From: an archaeon
Lineage (GTDB): Archaea; Aenigmatarchaeota; Aenigmatarchaeia; PWEA01; JAGHBM01
Assembly: GCA_020355185.1 (NCBI GenBank)
Contig: CP070662.1
Coordinates: 350,357 to 414,356, forward strand
Length of the DNA: 64,000 bases
Reading direction: 5' to 3'
Positions 1 through 10,281 of the stretch are shown here, in pieces. The notes beneath the pieces were generated by a model that had not been told where the DNA came from, did no database searches, and saw only the letters and a list, made by a program, of their open reading frames with translations. The position numbers were made by a program, and so were the translations under genes. Each line of letters begins with the position of its first letter. The first letter of the stretch is position 1.

Positions 1-713
1 CAGCCGCTCACGATACGGCTGACATAGGAGACATGAGGGCTTTTCAGGACGGAGATCTGGTGAAGCTGGACATCGGGGTGCAGGTGGACGGATACATAGC
101 AGACTCCGCCCTCACGATTTCCCTTAATTCCGGCAAGGAAGAGCTTTACAAAACCGCGCAAAAAGCTCTTGGGAGAGCCCTTAAGCTAATGAGACCCGGC
201 ACACCGGTTCCGGTAGTTTCCCAAACAATAGAAGAGACTATAAGAAATGCCGGGTTCAATCCAATAATAAACCTGACCGGCCACGGGCTTGACAGATACA
301 GGCTTCATTCCAGGATAGAATTCCCGAACGTAAGGACAGACGTAAACTATGTGCTAAAGGAAGGGGACGTATTCGCTCTGGAGCCTTTCGTCACAGACGG
401 TTCCGGGAAGGTAACAGAAACTGAAAAGGTCCTTATTTACATGTTCATCTCCGACAGGCCTACCAGATTTCCGGAAAGCAGAAAGATACTGGAAATGGCT
501 TCGGACATGTTCCACGGCCTGCCCTTCACCAAAAGGTGGATAAACCAAAGACTTAAAATTTCCCCCCTAAAACTGAATCTGGTCTTAAGACAACTGGAAC
601 AGAACAATTCCCTTTACGCCTACCCGGCTCTCAGGGAAATAAAAAACGGGTCAGTTGCCCAGGCCGAGCACACCGTAATAGTTGGGGACAAACCCAGGAT
701 AACCACGGCTTAA
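1..713 (+). CDS. map: Methionine aminopeptidase, type 2; 5' end cut by window edge
   Basis: Track ORF 33..713. The same frame stays open back to nt 3 ([10 protein letters not shown] before the first Met). Pita-bread metal-ligand blocks present: [39 protein letters not shown]. Confidence 0.85.
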   Translation, partial: AAHDTADIGDMRAFQDGDLVKLDIGVQVDGYIADSALTISLNSGKEELYKTAQKALGRALKLMRPGTPVPVVSQTIEETIRNAGFNPIINLTGHGLDRYRLHSRIEFPNVRTDVNYVLKEGDVFALEPFVTDGSGKVTETEKVLIYMFISDRPTRFPESRKILEMASDMFHGLPFTKRWINQRLKISPLKLNLVLRQLEQNNSLYAYPALREIKNGSVAQAEHTVIVGDKPRITTA

Positions 714-3004
714 CCGACGTAGCTGATATCTCTTTTTTCTGCTACCCTCTTCTTGAGGTCAACTTCCCTGTAATATTTCTTCATATCCTCTGATACGGAA
801 GGTTTTATCTCCTTCAGGGCCTGTTTGAAGTGTTTCATGGTCACCTTTTTGCTCTTTATATTTTCTCTCAGGGCATTGAGCGCAGCTTCCCTGACAACTG
901 CTTCTATGTCGGCGCCGCTGTACCCCTGTATCTCCTTAGCAAGTTTTTTAAGGTCCACCTTTTCGAGGGGCATGTTTTTGGTGTGTATCTTGAATATCTT
1001 CAGCCTGCTTTCCTCATCAGGCTCCGTTATAAGTATCTGTTTGTCAAACCTTCCGGGTCTCAACAGGGCAGGTTCCACAATATCCGGTCTGTTGGTGGCT
1101 GCCAGTACCACCACGTCATGTAGCTCCTCCAGGCCGCTCATCTCGCTCAGAAGCTGGGAGACGACTCTTTCCCCCACGCGGCTGTCAGACGAGGACACTG
1201 ACCTGCTGGGAGCCAGAGATTCTATCTCGTCAAAGAATATTATGGTCGGGGAAACCTGTTTGGCCTTGCGGAATATTTCCCTTACCATCTTCTCGGATTC
1301 TCCGACCCACTTGCTCAAGAGTTCCGGTCCCTTGACGGAGATGAAGTTTGACTCGCTTTCGTTGGCTACGGCTCTTGCCATGAGAGTCTTTCCGCATCCT
1401 GGCGGCCCGTAAAGTAGTATCCCCTTGGGCGGATTGATTCCCATGTTTTTGAATGAATCTGGATACTTCAGAGGCCATTCCACTGATTCCTTTAACCTTT
1501 TTTTCACGTTTTCCAGACCACCGACATCATTCCATGTGGCTTTAGGGATTTCTATCATGACTTCCCTCATTGCCGAAGGCTGAACCATTCTCATTGCGTA
1601 ATCAAAATCCTTTTTCTTTACCCTAAGTTTGCCTATCAGTTCTTCCGGCAGGGGCTTGTTCTCCTCCAGGCCGGACATCTCTGGCTGTACTCTCCTCAGA
1701 ACATGCATGGCCGCCTCCTTGGCCAGCGCCTCCAGGTCCGCTCCCACGAAGCCGTAAGTTCTGTCGGCAATCTGGGTCAGGTCCACATCCTTGGAAAGAG
1801 GCATGTGCCTGGTATGTATCTCGAGTATCTCCTTTCTTCCTTTTTTGTTGGGGACGCCCATCTCCACTTCACGGTCAAATCTTCCCGGTCTTCTCAGGGC
1901 GGGGTCCAAGGCGTTAACCCGGTTTGTTGCGGCTATGACAATAACCTTTCCCCTGCTTTCCATGCCATCCATGAGGGTCAGGAGCTGTGAAACAACCCTT
2001 CTCTCAACTTCCCCCGTGACTTCCTCCCTCTTGGGCGCTATAGCGTCCAGTTCGTCTATGAAAATTATGGCAGGCGCATTCTGCTCCGCCTCCTTGAAAA
2101 CCTTCCTAAGGTTCTCCTCTGACTGGCCGTAGAACTTGCTCATAATCTCCGGTCCCGCCAGTGATATGAAATGCGCCCCCGCTTCGTTTGCCACAGCCTT
2201 GGCCAGAAGGGTCTTACCGGTTCCCGGCGGTCCGTACATAAGGACCCCTGTCGGAGGGGCTATACCCAGTCTCTCAAAGAGCTCCGGGTGCTTGAGTGGA
2301 AGCTCTATCATCTCCCTGACTTTCTTTATCTCCTCGTGCAGCCCTCCGATGTCCTCGTAAGTAACAGTCGGTATTCTGGATTCCTCTATTTTTTCCACGG
2401 CATGCTCCTTCATCTGTATCTCGGTGGTCTCGCTTATCCTGGCTACGCCCTCCGGGCTTACCTTGCTCACCACCATCTTTATCTCCGTGCCAAAACTTCC
2501 GAAAGAGCCGGGACCCATTATGTCTATGTTTATCCCGAACTGCTTGAAAAGGTCTTCAAATGGATCGGTCGGCGTTCTTCTGTTTATGACTGATGACGGG
2601 ACAATTATATCCCCCTTGCTGACGGGTCTCATCAGAAGCTTCTGCTTAAGAATCCCGGGATTCATGAAAACTCTTATTCCTTTCTGGGCGGGTGCCAGTA
2701 CCACGGACTTGGCCTCCTTAATCTCGGCTTTCCTTATCTTGACCAGTTCCCCCAGGCTGGTGCCGGCATTCTTCCTTACCAGCCCGTCCATCCTTATGAT
2801 GTCCAGTCCTATGTCATCTGGGTACGGCCTGACTGCTATTGCTCCGGTTAGCCGGTTACCTTCTATCTCTACGACATCACCCTCCCTCAAACCCAGACTT
2901 TTCATTATCTTCGAGTCCAGGCGAGCGATGCCTTTCCCATATTCATCCCTGCTGGTCAGTTCCCCGACCTTTAATTTCACATCCTTATCTTTCTTTAAAA
3001 TCAT
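710..3004 (-). CDS. cdc48: Cdc48/VCP-like AAA+ ATPase (two AAA modules)
   Basis: 764-aa ORF. N-domain, then D1 Walker A GPPGTGKT / Walker B IIFIDELD, then D2 Walker A GPPGCGKT / Walker B IIFFDEIE. Conserved second-region-of-homology blocks [16 protein letters not shown] and [19 protein letters not shown]. Confidence 0.95.
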   Translation of the reverse strand: MILKKDKDVKLKVGELTSRDEYGKGIARLDSKIMKSLGLREGDVVEIEGNRLTGAIAVRPYPDDIGLDIIRMDGLVRKNAGTSLGELVKIRKAEIKEAKSVVLAPAQKGIRVFMNPGILKQKLLMRPVSKGDIIVPSSVINRRTPTDPFEDLFKQFGINIDIMGPGSFGSFGTEIKMVVSKVSPEGVARISETTEIQMKEHAVEKIEESRIPTVTYEDIGGLHEEIKKVREMIELPLKHPELFERLGIAPPTGVLMYGPPGTGKTLLAKAVANEAGAHFISLAGPEIMSKFYGQSEENLRKVFKEAEQNAPAIIFIDELDAIAPKREEVTGEVERRVVSQLLTLMDGMESRGKVIVIAATNRVNALDPALRRPGRFDREVEMGVPNKKGRKEILEIHTRHMPLSKDVDLTQIADRTYGFVGADLEALAKEAAMHVLRRVQPEMSGLEENKPLPEELIGKLRVKKKDFDYAMRMVQPSAMREVMIEIPKATWNDVGGLENVKKRLKESVEWPLKYPDSFKNMGINPPKGILLYGPPGCGKTLMARAVANESESNFISVKGPELLSKWVGESEKMVREIFRKAKQVSPTIIFFDEIESLAPSRSVSSSDSRVGERVVSQLLSEMSGLEELHDVVVLAATNRPDIVEPALLRPGRFDKQILITEPDEESRLKIFKIHTKNMPLEKVDLKKLAKEIQGYSGADIEAVVREAALNALRENIKSKKVTMKHFKQALKEIKPSVSEDMKKYYREVDLKKRVAEKRDISYVG

Positions 3005-3012
3005 TAAACCAC

Positions 3013-3402
3013 CTACCTTATTTTTATTTCCTTGCCTTTAAGACTTTCTTTCTCCAATTTTTCATACTCATCCGGGGCCAGTAAAACCCGGAAAAAGTCG
3101 TAATCTATCTTGTCCTCCCACTCCCTCATATATTTCAAAATTCTTTCCATTTCCTTGAGGGCCACTATGAAAACTGAGCTGTCAACCTTTATGTGCGGAA
3201 CCTCGTTCAGCAGACCCTCCCTGTGATACCTGTACTCGGATTCCTCTTTCCTTATAATCTGCGTCCACCCATAAAGGCCACGGAAGAACTTGTTCCTCTC
3301 GTAATTTGACTCAAACTTATCCGAGTGGGTATCAAAACTGATCAAGACGGCCACCTTGCCGTCTTTACCTTCCTTTATTTTTATTTTCACCGCACACACC
3401 AA
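3013..3402 (-). CDS. Hypothetical protein (129 aa)
   Basis: Clean ORF 8 nt downstream of cdc48 on the same strand, with codon usage like its neighbours. No motif I can name with confidence (weak Cas2/VapD-like beta-alpha-beta feel, not claimed). Confidence 0.5.
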   Translation of the reverse strand: MVCAVKIKIKEGKDGKVAVLISFDTHSDKFESNYERNKFFRGLYGWTQIIRKEESEYRYHREGLLNEVPHIKVDSSVFIVALKEMERILKYMREWEDKIDYDFFRVLLAPDEYEKLEKESLKGKEIKIR

Positions 3403-3592
3403 TCAGGCCCACACACCGGGAGGGCTTCAACAAACTATTTAGTGTTTATTTAAACTAAAAAGTATATAAAGATATCGGTCTCCGGGTAGTGGTGCGTTGA
3501 CGTTGGATAAGTTGTTTTTTCTTCCGAGCGGTGCAAATTGATTTAAGATTTAAATACTTTTCGTTACCTAATTTTAGTAACGAGGTGAATAT

Positions 3593-3928
3593 ATGTTCAA
3601 ACTTCCAAAATATGTAGAAAAAACAATAACCAGTCCGACAGCAAAGTCTGGAAACTATGGATTACTTTCGGAGAACCAATGGAGGGACTTAGCAAACCAT
3701 ATATATAATGATGAAAAGGAGCTGAACAGACGGGGTAAAACATATCTTCCTAGAGGAAATATGAACGCACATAGAAAACATGGTAAAAAGAGCGTTCTTG
3801 ACGGATTGCTTTATGATGCAGTAGTCATGCATGGTGGAATTACTTTTTTCGGAGATTTCATTCCAAACCATGAGGAAGTGGGTTTTCTCTTTAAAGCAAA
3901 TGAAATGGGAGTAAAAATTGCAAGATGA
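3593..3928 (+). CDS. Hypothetical protein (111 aa), AT-rich gene
   Basis: ATG preceded by GAGGTGA Shine-Dalgarno-like sequence and a TTTAAATA box. No recognisable domain. Confidence 0.4.
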   Translation: MFKLPKYVEKTITSPTAKSGNYGLLSENQWRDLANHIYNDEKELNRRGKTYLPRGNMNAHRKHGKKSVLDGLLYDAVVMHGGITFFGDFIPNHEEVGFLFKANEMGVKIAR

Positions 3929-3989
3929 CGAATCTTCCATTCCATTCGAATAATAAGTTAATTCAAAAACCTATCTCGGATGAAAATTC

Positions 3990-4778
3990 TTATATAAATA
4001 GGGTCAGCACGGCCAGAATCCCAAGAAAGATGCAGAACCAGCCGAAGTTAATTTTCCCCGCGATTTTCATGAGTGCCTTGATGGTGGCCAGGCCGAACAG
4101 GAAGGAAAAGGCCACAGCAACAGCCGAGTATAAATCAAAACTTATTTTACCGAGCAAGGCTATCCCAATTTCCGCTACCAAGATAACGGGAATGCTCATA
4201 AGGAAGCTCAGGCGGAGCGCATCCCTAGCCTCGTATCTATCCAAGAGAAGGAAAGACGTCGTAAGGCCCGAACGGCTGAGACCCGGAAGCACCGAAAAGG
4301 CCTGGACCACTCCGACCAGAATGGCATCACGGATTCCCGGCCTTTTTTTCAGAGAAACGGCTTTCCTGGAAAATCCCTGGAGAATACCCGTGAAGATCAG
4401 GAGTAAGCCTATGAAGGCCATGGCACGGTTTCCTGAAAATTCCATCATATTAAGTCCCAAAAGAAGCAGGGGAGCCCCGATAATTGCCGTGGCCAGGGTT
4501 GATACCAGAAGAAAAGAAGTCAGGCCGTTATAGCCTTCCATGCCTTTCACTTTGTAGGCAGGGAGGTTACTGATAATTTTTCCAATATCCTCGCGGAAAT
4601 AAACCAGGGCCGCGATAAGGGTGCCGGCATGGAGCCATATGGAAAGGAAAATAGCCTCGGAAAGGCCTTTGCCGAAAAAGCTGACCATGATAATAGAGGA
4701 TATGCCCTCGCTGCTTAGTGGCAGCCATTCTGTTATCCCCTGGGCAATTCCCAGCAACACTGGCTCAAAAAGGCTCAT
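3990..4778 (-). CDS. uppP: Undecaprenyl-diphosphatase (BacA/UppP family)
   Basis: Polytopic membrane ORF with UppP signatures GIAQGITEWLPLSSEG and PGLSRSGLT. Confidence 0.9.
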   Translation of the reverse strand: MSLFEPVLLGIAQGITEWLPLSSEGISSIIMVSFFGKGLSEAIFLSIWLHAGTLIAALVYFREDIGKIISNLPAYKVKGMEGYNGLTSFLLVSTLATAIIGAPLLLLGLNMMEFSGNRAMAFIGLLLIFTGILQGFSRKAVSLKKRPGIRDAILVGVVQAFSVLPGLSRSGLTTSFLLLDRYEARDALRLSFLMSIPVILVAEIGIALLGKISFDLYSAVAVAFSFLFGLATIKALMKIAGKINFGWFCIFLGILAVLTLFI

Positions 4779-5038
4779 GCGATTTTCACTATCCCCAGAT
4801 ATATCACAATCCCGGTGAGAAACAGGTTCATTATAATAAGCGCCATTATTGATATGCTGTAAATCCTTTCCTTCTTTTTAAGCTTAAGAATAAGCTCATA
4901 TTTTCTTTTGGAATCTTTAGTCAGTTCATCCTCTCCCAAGGAGCTTATCTTTCCCGTGTGCTCAAAATCGGAGATCGGTTCCAGTTTTTCCAGGTCTACA
5001 TCTCCGATTTCCCCAAAATTCTTCTTCTTGAACAGCAT
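4775..5038 (-). CDS. Small single-pass membrane protein (87 aa)
   Basis: 4-nt overlap with the uppP start. C-terminal hydrophobic helix ISIMALIIMNLFLTGIVIYLGIV. Confidence 0.45.
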   Translation of the reverse strand: MLFKKKNFGEIGDVDLEKLEPISDFEHTGKISSLGEDELTKDSKRKYELILKLKKKERIYSISIMALIIMNLFLTGIVIYLGIVKIA

Positions 5039-5117
5039 AATTATATTTTGGTTATATATTATAAATTTTTTGAAAACCTACTTAAGGTTGAAAATACAAT
5101 AAAATTTGGGATTTTAA

Positions 5118-5807
5118 GTGATTAACAAAAGGCTTTCTTTCGGAAAGAAACCCCTTGACGAGCTTCTGGGCGGGGGGATAGAGCATAAGTCCCTTACCAA
5201 TCTTTACGGGCCACCGGGTTGCGGGAAGACAAACATAGCTCTTCTGGCCTCTGTCTCAGCAGTGAATAACGGAAAAAGGGTCATATTCATAGATACAGAA
5301 GGCGGGTTCAGCCCGGAAAGACTTTCCCAGATTTCCAAGAATTTTGAAAAGTTCTCAAGAAACATAATCCTTGTGGAGCCCAAAACCTTTGAGGAGCAGG
5401 ACAAGGCAATAAAGGACCTGGAAAAGGTTGTTGACGGGAAGACGGGACTCGTGGTTTTGGATTCCCTGGTGAACCTTTACAGGCTGGAGCTTGATGACGA
5501 GAATTTTCAGAGGGTGAACAGAAGGCTTTCAGGCCAGCTTGCTCTACTTTCCAGAATATCCAGGGAGAAGGACATACCGATCCTGATAACCAACCATATT
5601 TATTCGGACAACAACGGCACCCAGCCCGTTTCCCGGGACATAACCAAATACTGGTCCAAGTGCTTGGTCGAGCTATTGAAACTGGAGAGAGGCAGGAGGA
5701 TCGCCATTTTACGTAAACACAGGTCCATGCCGGAAGGTAAGGAAGTCTGTTTTCATATAACCCAGGATGGAATTGCCCAGGCCGAGAAGAAGTTCAAACT
5801 GTTCTAA
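5118..5807 (+). CDS. radB: DNA repair and recombination protein RadB
   Basis: 229 aa, GTG start. RecA-superfamily core without the RadA N-domain. Walker [22 protein letters not shown], Walker B LVVLDS. Confidence 0.9.
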   Translation: MINKRLSFGKKPLDELLGGGIEHKSLTNLYGPPGCGKTNIALLASVSAVNNGKRVIFIDTEGGFSPERLSQISKNFEKFSRNIILVEPKTFEEQDKAIKDLEKVVDGKTGLVVLDSLVNLYRLELDDENFQRVNRRLSGQLALLSRISREKDIPILITNHIYSDNNGTQPVSRDITKYWSKCLVELLKLERGRRIAILRKHRSMPEGKEVCFHITQDGIAQAEKKFKLF

Positions 5808-5920
5808 TCTAGCGGGATTTTTACATAATCCTTATCCTTCGAGTTTTCGTGTATTCTTCTGGCCACTTCAAGCGTGGTAAGCGGTTTATAGGGCTTCTTC
5901 TTATCTTCATATTCAATCAT
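5804..5920 (-). CDS. Possible 38-aa ORF translationally coupled to the pyrD-like gene
   Basis: ATGA stop/start overlap with the pyrD-like stop, and GGAGGTG 6 nt upstream of the ATG. Product MIEYEDKKKPYKPLTTLEVARRIHENSKDKDYVKIPLD. Below the track size cut-off and not recognised. Confidence 0.3.
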   Translation of the reverse strand: MIEYEDKKKPYKPLTTLEVARRIHENSKDKDYVKIPLD

Positions 5921-6768
5921 TCCCACACCTCCTTACCTTGTTTTTCAAAATAATCATCAAGAATATGATTAAATCCGGCTTTGGTTTCATTAACAAAATC
6001 CTTTTTTGTCGGATAACGGTTTATTCCCGAGCCCAGTTGAATGGCATTTGCCCCGGCTTTCAAAAACTCTGCTACATCATTTCTGTCCACGATTCCGCCG
6101 CAGCCAAAAATAAACTTGTTCGTGAATCCTCTAGTCCTGTAGACTTGTCCGATCGCCAGAGGTTTTATTGCGGACCCGGAAAGACCGCCCAGTCTGTTTG
6201 AAAGTCCGAATTTTTTCCCCAGAACCATGGCCTTGCCCACAGAGTTAATTATAGTATAGAAATCTGCACTTTCCGAAGCTCTAATACAACTTTTGAGCAT
6301 TTTGTCAGTAGGATAATATGGCATCTTCAGACCGAAGGGTTTTTCACAATATTCTTTTCCAGCTTTACAAAGTTCTCCGAGTAGCTTGAAATCATACCCC
6401 ACGGAGCTACCCAGACCCTCAGCATGAGGACAGGATATATTGAATTCAAGGGCGTCTGCATACTTGCCCAGAAAGGTTATCATTTTCTGCAGTTCCTTTT
6501 TGTCCGAGGCAGCAAAGGAAGCTATGACGAATATATCAGGGTGCTTGATCTTGATTTCCTTTACAAAAAGTGCCACCTTCTTGTATCCAGGATTAGGGAG
6601 GCCCATTGCCTGCACCACGCCTTCATTAAATACGGCCGCATTTGGATAGTCATAGCCTTTTCTAGGTTTGTAAGTCGCGGTCTTAACAATCAACGCCTTT
6701 AAGCCCGCATCTAACCAACCTTCAAGTGAGTCAACAGTGGAAGAAAAAACACCCGAAGCATTAGTCAT
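5917..6768 (-). CDS. pyrD: Dihydroorotate dehydrogenase-family TIM-barrel flavoprotein (class 1-like)
   Basis: NISCPHAEGLG active-site-like block, GGLSGSAIKPLA, GCGGI..D..EF..AGA..QLGS FMN-binding tail. Confidence 0.7.
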   Translation of the reverse strand: MTNASGVFSSTVDSLEGWLDAGLKALIVKTATYKPRKGYDYPNAAVFNEGVVQAMGLPNPGYKKVALFVKEIKIKHPDIFVIASFAASDKKELQKMITFLGKYADALEFNISCPHAEGLGSSVGYDFKLLGELCKAGKEYCEKPFGLKMPYYPTDKMLKSCIRASESADFYTIINSVGKAMVLGKKFGLSNRLGGLSGSAIKPLAIGQVYRTRGFTNKFIFGCGGIVDRNDVAEFLKAGANAIQLGSGINRYPTKKDFVNETKAGFNHILDDYFEKQGKEVWE

Positions 6769-6874
6769 TTTTGGTAGCGTAAGAACCCGACTATATCTTT
6801 GCGCAAACAGGATATAAAAATTTCTATACAGGAGAACAAAAATTTATATTCAGAAAAAACAAAATAAATACAAG

Positions 6875-8950
6875 CTATTTGGTTTTTATTTGTTTTTTCC
6901 TTGGTTTTTTGTTCCAGTCAGCCTTGCTGGGGCACTTGGGGTCTATGCACATCGTATATGGTCGCCGTCCCTTTCTTATGACCTTTATCACGGGCAGCCC
7001 GCACTCCTTGCATTTCCCCGAATGTTCTATTTTACCGGACTGAGGCAGTGGAAAAGATTCCCTACAGCCTTCCTTGTAGCCCTCGCATCCCACGAACCTT
7101 TTTTTGGATGCCCTTGATATTATGATTCGGAGATTGTGCCCGCACTTGGGGCATTCCCCCAGCACGTAAGCATCGTTTCTGGTTTTTATGAGAGCTTCCT
7201 GAAGCTCCTCTCCTATCTTCAGTTCATTTTCCTTGAAATTCCCCAGAATCTTGGAAAGGGTTTTTATAGCCCTTTCTATAATCTTTTCCTTTTTACACAA
7301 ACCCTTCTCAACCTCATCCATGTCCTCCTCAAATTCCTTTGTAAGTTCTTCCGAAAGCATTTCCGGGCAGTACTTTTCCAGGGTATCCACCACGGCGAAT
7401 CCCAGTTCCGTGACCTCTATCTGGTTTCCCCTTACATAACCCCTCTCGTAGAGGGTATGTATTATGTGGGCACGGGTGGCCTTGGTTCCGAGGTTAAGCT
7501 TTTCCAGCTCCTTCAGGAGCGAGGCCTGGTTGTACCTGTTGGGTGGCTGCGTTTCCTTTTCCAGCAGCACAACTTTCAAGACATCCAGAACGTCACCTTT
7601 CTTCATGGGTGGAAGCAGCTGCTCCTCGTAATTTACGTATTTCTCATAAAACTCAATCCAGTTCTTTTCAAGTGTCCTCTTACCCTTCGCCACAAAAAGC
7701 TCCGAGTTTATGTCAAAAACAACATCAATTGTCTCCCTTACCGCAGGCTCACCGAAAACCGCCAGAAACCTCCTCACAATCATGTCATAAAGCTTCTTTT
7801 CCCACTTGTTCATCTTTTTCGGGGTCTCTCCGGTGGGAAAGATAGAAGGATGTGCCGGGTCGTCCTTCTTGCCTTCATTGGGTTTTAACTTGCCTTTCAA
7901 GACCTTTTCTGCCAGTTCCCTGTAAGCTTTTTGCTGGCCTATTTTCTGGACTATATTTTTAAGTCCCAGTCTTGCCGGCAGTTTCTGGGAAGACGTTCGC
8001 GGATAGGAGATGAGACCGGAATCATAAAGGCTCTGGGCGACCTCTAGGGTCTGCTTAGGATTGAAACCGAATGAGGAATGGGCCTCCGTCTGCAGGGCCG
8101 TCAGGTCAAAGGGATGCGGCGGATTGTGCTTGTACTTTTTCTTGCTGATATCAGAAACAACGGCCTTTCCGCCCTCGCACCTTTTCTTTATTTCCTCGGC
8201 CAGACCCTTTTCCCAGAACTTGCCTTCCTTGTGTTTGGCCAGGATTTTCTCCTCTGCCTTGAGTTCGGCCTCCAGCTCCCAGAAAGGCTTGGGAACGAAC
8301 TTCCTTATCTCCTTTTCACGTCTGGCTACTATTTTCAGGGCAGGTCCCTGAATTCTTCCTGTGCTAAGAATCTTGAAGTAGTTGGAAGCCTTTTTTATGG
8401 CCAGCGTCAGCGCACGGGACGTGTTTATACCATAAAGCCAGTCCAGCTTGTGACGAACTATACCGGCCTCTATCTGCGGAAAATCAAGCTTGGGAGAGGC
8501 TTTCCGGTAGGATTCTCTCAGTTCCACCGCGGTTAAGGTGGAAAACTTCATCCTCTTTGCATTTTCCGTCCCGCATACAAAGCGCAGTATGTTGTAGCCG
8601 ATAACGGAACCTTCCGAGTCGTAGTCCGTGGCCACTATAAAATCATCCGCCTCCCCGCTCAGTTTCTTGAAGTTGTAGAGGTAGGCCTTGGAGAATGCGG
8701 AATTTTTGCTTACCTCGTAGCTCGGAACCCATTCCGTCTCGAAAACAGGGTAGGTCCACTTCCCGTCGCCCTTCTGCTTAAGGTTGTAAAGGTGGCCCAC
8801 CGCTGGAACCACGAGAACTCTCTTCCCGTCTACCATTATCTCAAACCATACTGCCTTGCCTCTCTTTCCCTTTTCAAGGTGGCCGTCTGAAAGTGCGGAA
8901 GCTATTCTCTCTGCAGCCTTTGGCTTCTCTGATATTATGAGGGTAGTCAT
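6875..8950 (-). CDS. topA: DNA topoisomerase, type IA
   Basis: Toprim start TLIISEKP and DYDSEGS, active-site Tyr block ISYPRTSS, and C-terminal Cys4 zinc ribbons (CPKCGH..., CKECG...). Confidence 0.9.
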   Translation of the reverse strand: MTTLIISEKPKAAERIASALSDGHLEKGKRGKAVWFEIMVDGKRVLVVPAVGHLYNLKQKGDGKWTYPVFETEWVPSYEVSKNSAFSKAYLYNFKKLSGEADDFIVATDYDSEGSVIGYNILRFVCGTENAKRMKFSTLTAVELRESYRKASPKLDFPQIEAGIVRHKLDWLYGINTSRALTLAIKKASNYFKILSTGRIQGPALKIVARREKEIRKFVPKPFWELEAELKAEEKILAKHKEGKFWEKGLAEEIKKRCEGGKAVVSDISKKKYKHNPPHPFDLTALQTEAHSSFGFNPKQTLEVAQSLYDSGLISYPRTSSQKLPARLGLKNIVQKIGQQKAYRELAEKVLKGKLKPNEGKKDDPAHPSIFPTGETPKKMNKWEKKLYDMIVRRFLAVFGEPAVRETIDVVFDINSELFVAKGKRTLEKNWIEFYEKYVNYEEQLLPPMKKGDVLDVLKVVLLEKETQPPNRYNQASLLKELEKLNLGTKATRAHIIHTLYERGYVRGNQIEVTELGFAVVDTLEKYCPEMLSEELTKEFEEDMDEVEKGLCKKEKIIERAIKTLSKILGNFKENELKIGEELQEALIKTRNDAYVLGECPKCGHNLRIIISRASKKRFVGCEGYKEGCRESFPLPQSGKIEHSGKCKECGLPVIKVIRKGRRPYTMCIDPKCPSKADWNKKPRKKQIKTK

Positions 8951-9005
8951 TTGCCCAACCTTTCAAAACGGTATTAATAGAAAAAGGGTTAACTAATTTA
9001 AAAGT

Positions 9006-10277
9006 TTACTTGAATTTAATCACTTTTTTGCCGTTCATGTACGGTTGCAGCGCCTCCGGCACGAGAACGGAGCCGTCTTTCTGCTGGAACTGTTCTAGAA
9101 TGGCTATCATTGTGCGTGACGTGGCAAGAGCCGTATTGTTCAGTATGTGAACGTAGCCAGCGGGCGGCCGCCCCTCTTTTTCCCTGAACTTGATGCCAAG
9201 GCGTCTTGCCTGGTAGTCCGTGCAGTTGGAGTTGGAACCAACCTCCCTGAACTTTCCGTCAGCCATCCAGGCTTCCACATCATAAGTTTTGGCCTGCTTC
9301 TTTCCCAATTTACCGCTGCAAACGTTAACAACCCTGTAATGAAGGCCCAGTTTTTGGTAAAGCTCTTCGCAGTTTTTCTGCAGTTCCTCAAAAAATTCCC
9401 ATGATTCGTTTGGCAGACAAACTATGATTTGTTCAACTTTGTTAAACTGGTGCATCCTGAAGAGGCCTTTAGCATACTTGCCGTGTGTTCCCACCTCCCT
9501 TCTGAAACAGGAAGAAACGCCAACCAGTTTTACTGGTAATTCGCTTTTGTTCAGGGTTTTATCCAGAAACATTCCACCAAGAGGATACTCAGCCGTTGGT
9601 ATCAAATAGAGTTCTTCACCATCAATCTTGTAGCTAGCTTCCCCAAGTTCTGTCGGGTCCCCTATCATTGCCTCGTAAACTCTTTTGTTAACCAAATAAG
9701 GTGGTTCAACGAGTTTGTAGCCCTTCTTGACAAGAAAGTCTACAGCAAACCTCAGAAGGGCCAAATCCAGAAGTACCATATCATCTTTTAGGTACGTGAA
9801 AAGACTGCCCGAAGCCCTCGCACCGGCTTCAAAGTCTATACCTTTCCTCCCAACTTCCAGGTGGCTCTTTCCCTTGAACTCGGGAGGCTTGCCCCATTTA
9901 CCGATTTCAACGTTATCCTTTTCTTCCTTACCTTCAGGCACAGAATCGTGGATAAGATTCGGTATCTTCAGTAGCAGAAGGTCGCATTCCTTCCTGAGCT
10001 TGTCAATCTTTTCGTTGTTTTTCTTTATCTTGGCCGGTATCCCCGAGACTTCTTTCATTTCCTTTTTCGCGTCCTTCTTTCCGGCCTTAAGCTCCCCGAT
10101 TTTCCTGCTGAGGACGTTCCTCTTGTGCTGGAGTTCCTGATTTTTCGTTTTCAGCTTTCTCCATTCCCCGTCCTTTTTCAGGACTTCATCAAGCATCTTC
10201 ACGTAATCTTTATCCCTTCTCTTCAGGTTTTCCTTAACCCTTTCTGTTTTGTTCCTTATCAGGTTTATATCAAGCAT
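9006..10277 (-). CDS. serS: Seryl-tRNA synthetase
   Basis: N-terminal coiled-coil arm plus class II core (FRREVG, GLFRMHQFNKVE, GSNSNCTDYQARRL). Confidence 0.95.
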   Translation of the reverse strand: MLDINLIRNKTERVKENLKRRDKDYVKMLDEVLKKDGEWRKLKTKNQELQHKRNVLSRKIGELKAGKKDAKKEMKEVSGIPAKIKKNNEKIDKLRKECDLLLLKIPNLIHDSVPEGKEEKDNVEIGKWGKPPEFKGKSHLEVGRKGIDFEAGARASGSLFTYLKDDMVLLDLALLRFAVDFLVKKGYKLVEPPYLVNKRVYEAMIGDPTELGEASYKIDGEELYLIPTAEYPLGGMFLDKTLNKSELPVKLVGVSSCFRREVGTHGKYAKGLFRMHQFNKVEQIIVCLPNESWEFFEELQKNCEELYQKLGLHYRVVNVCSGKLGKKQAKTYDVEAWMADGKFREVGSNSNCTDYQARRLGIKFREKEGRPPAGYVHILNNTALATSRTMIAILEQFQQKDGSVLVPEALQPYMNGKKVIKFK

Positions 10278-10281
10278 TTTT

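Noticed and set aside
825-3084. Multiple plus-strand ORFs of 74-205 aa inside the cdc48 region
   Set aside because: They are antisense shadows of a strongly supported 764-aa AAA+ gene. Their sequences are low-complexity, Ser/Leu/Pro-rich translations with no motifs.
3403-3592. 190-nt intergenic region checked for a small RNA (C/D box, tRNA-like, riboswitch)
   Set aside because: There are no C/D boxes and no convincing conserved structure. Only TATA-like boxes and a 6-bp inverted repeat are present, consistent with a divergent promoter region.
3925-4533. 202-aa plus-strand ORF
   Set aside because: It is antisense to uppP, which has clear family signatures, and its product is Arg/Lys/Pro-rich nonsense.
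7136-8536. Plus-strand ORFs of up to 250 aa within the topA region
   Set aside because: They are shadows of the topoisomerase gene and have no start context or motifs.
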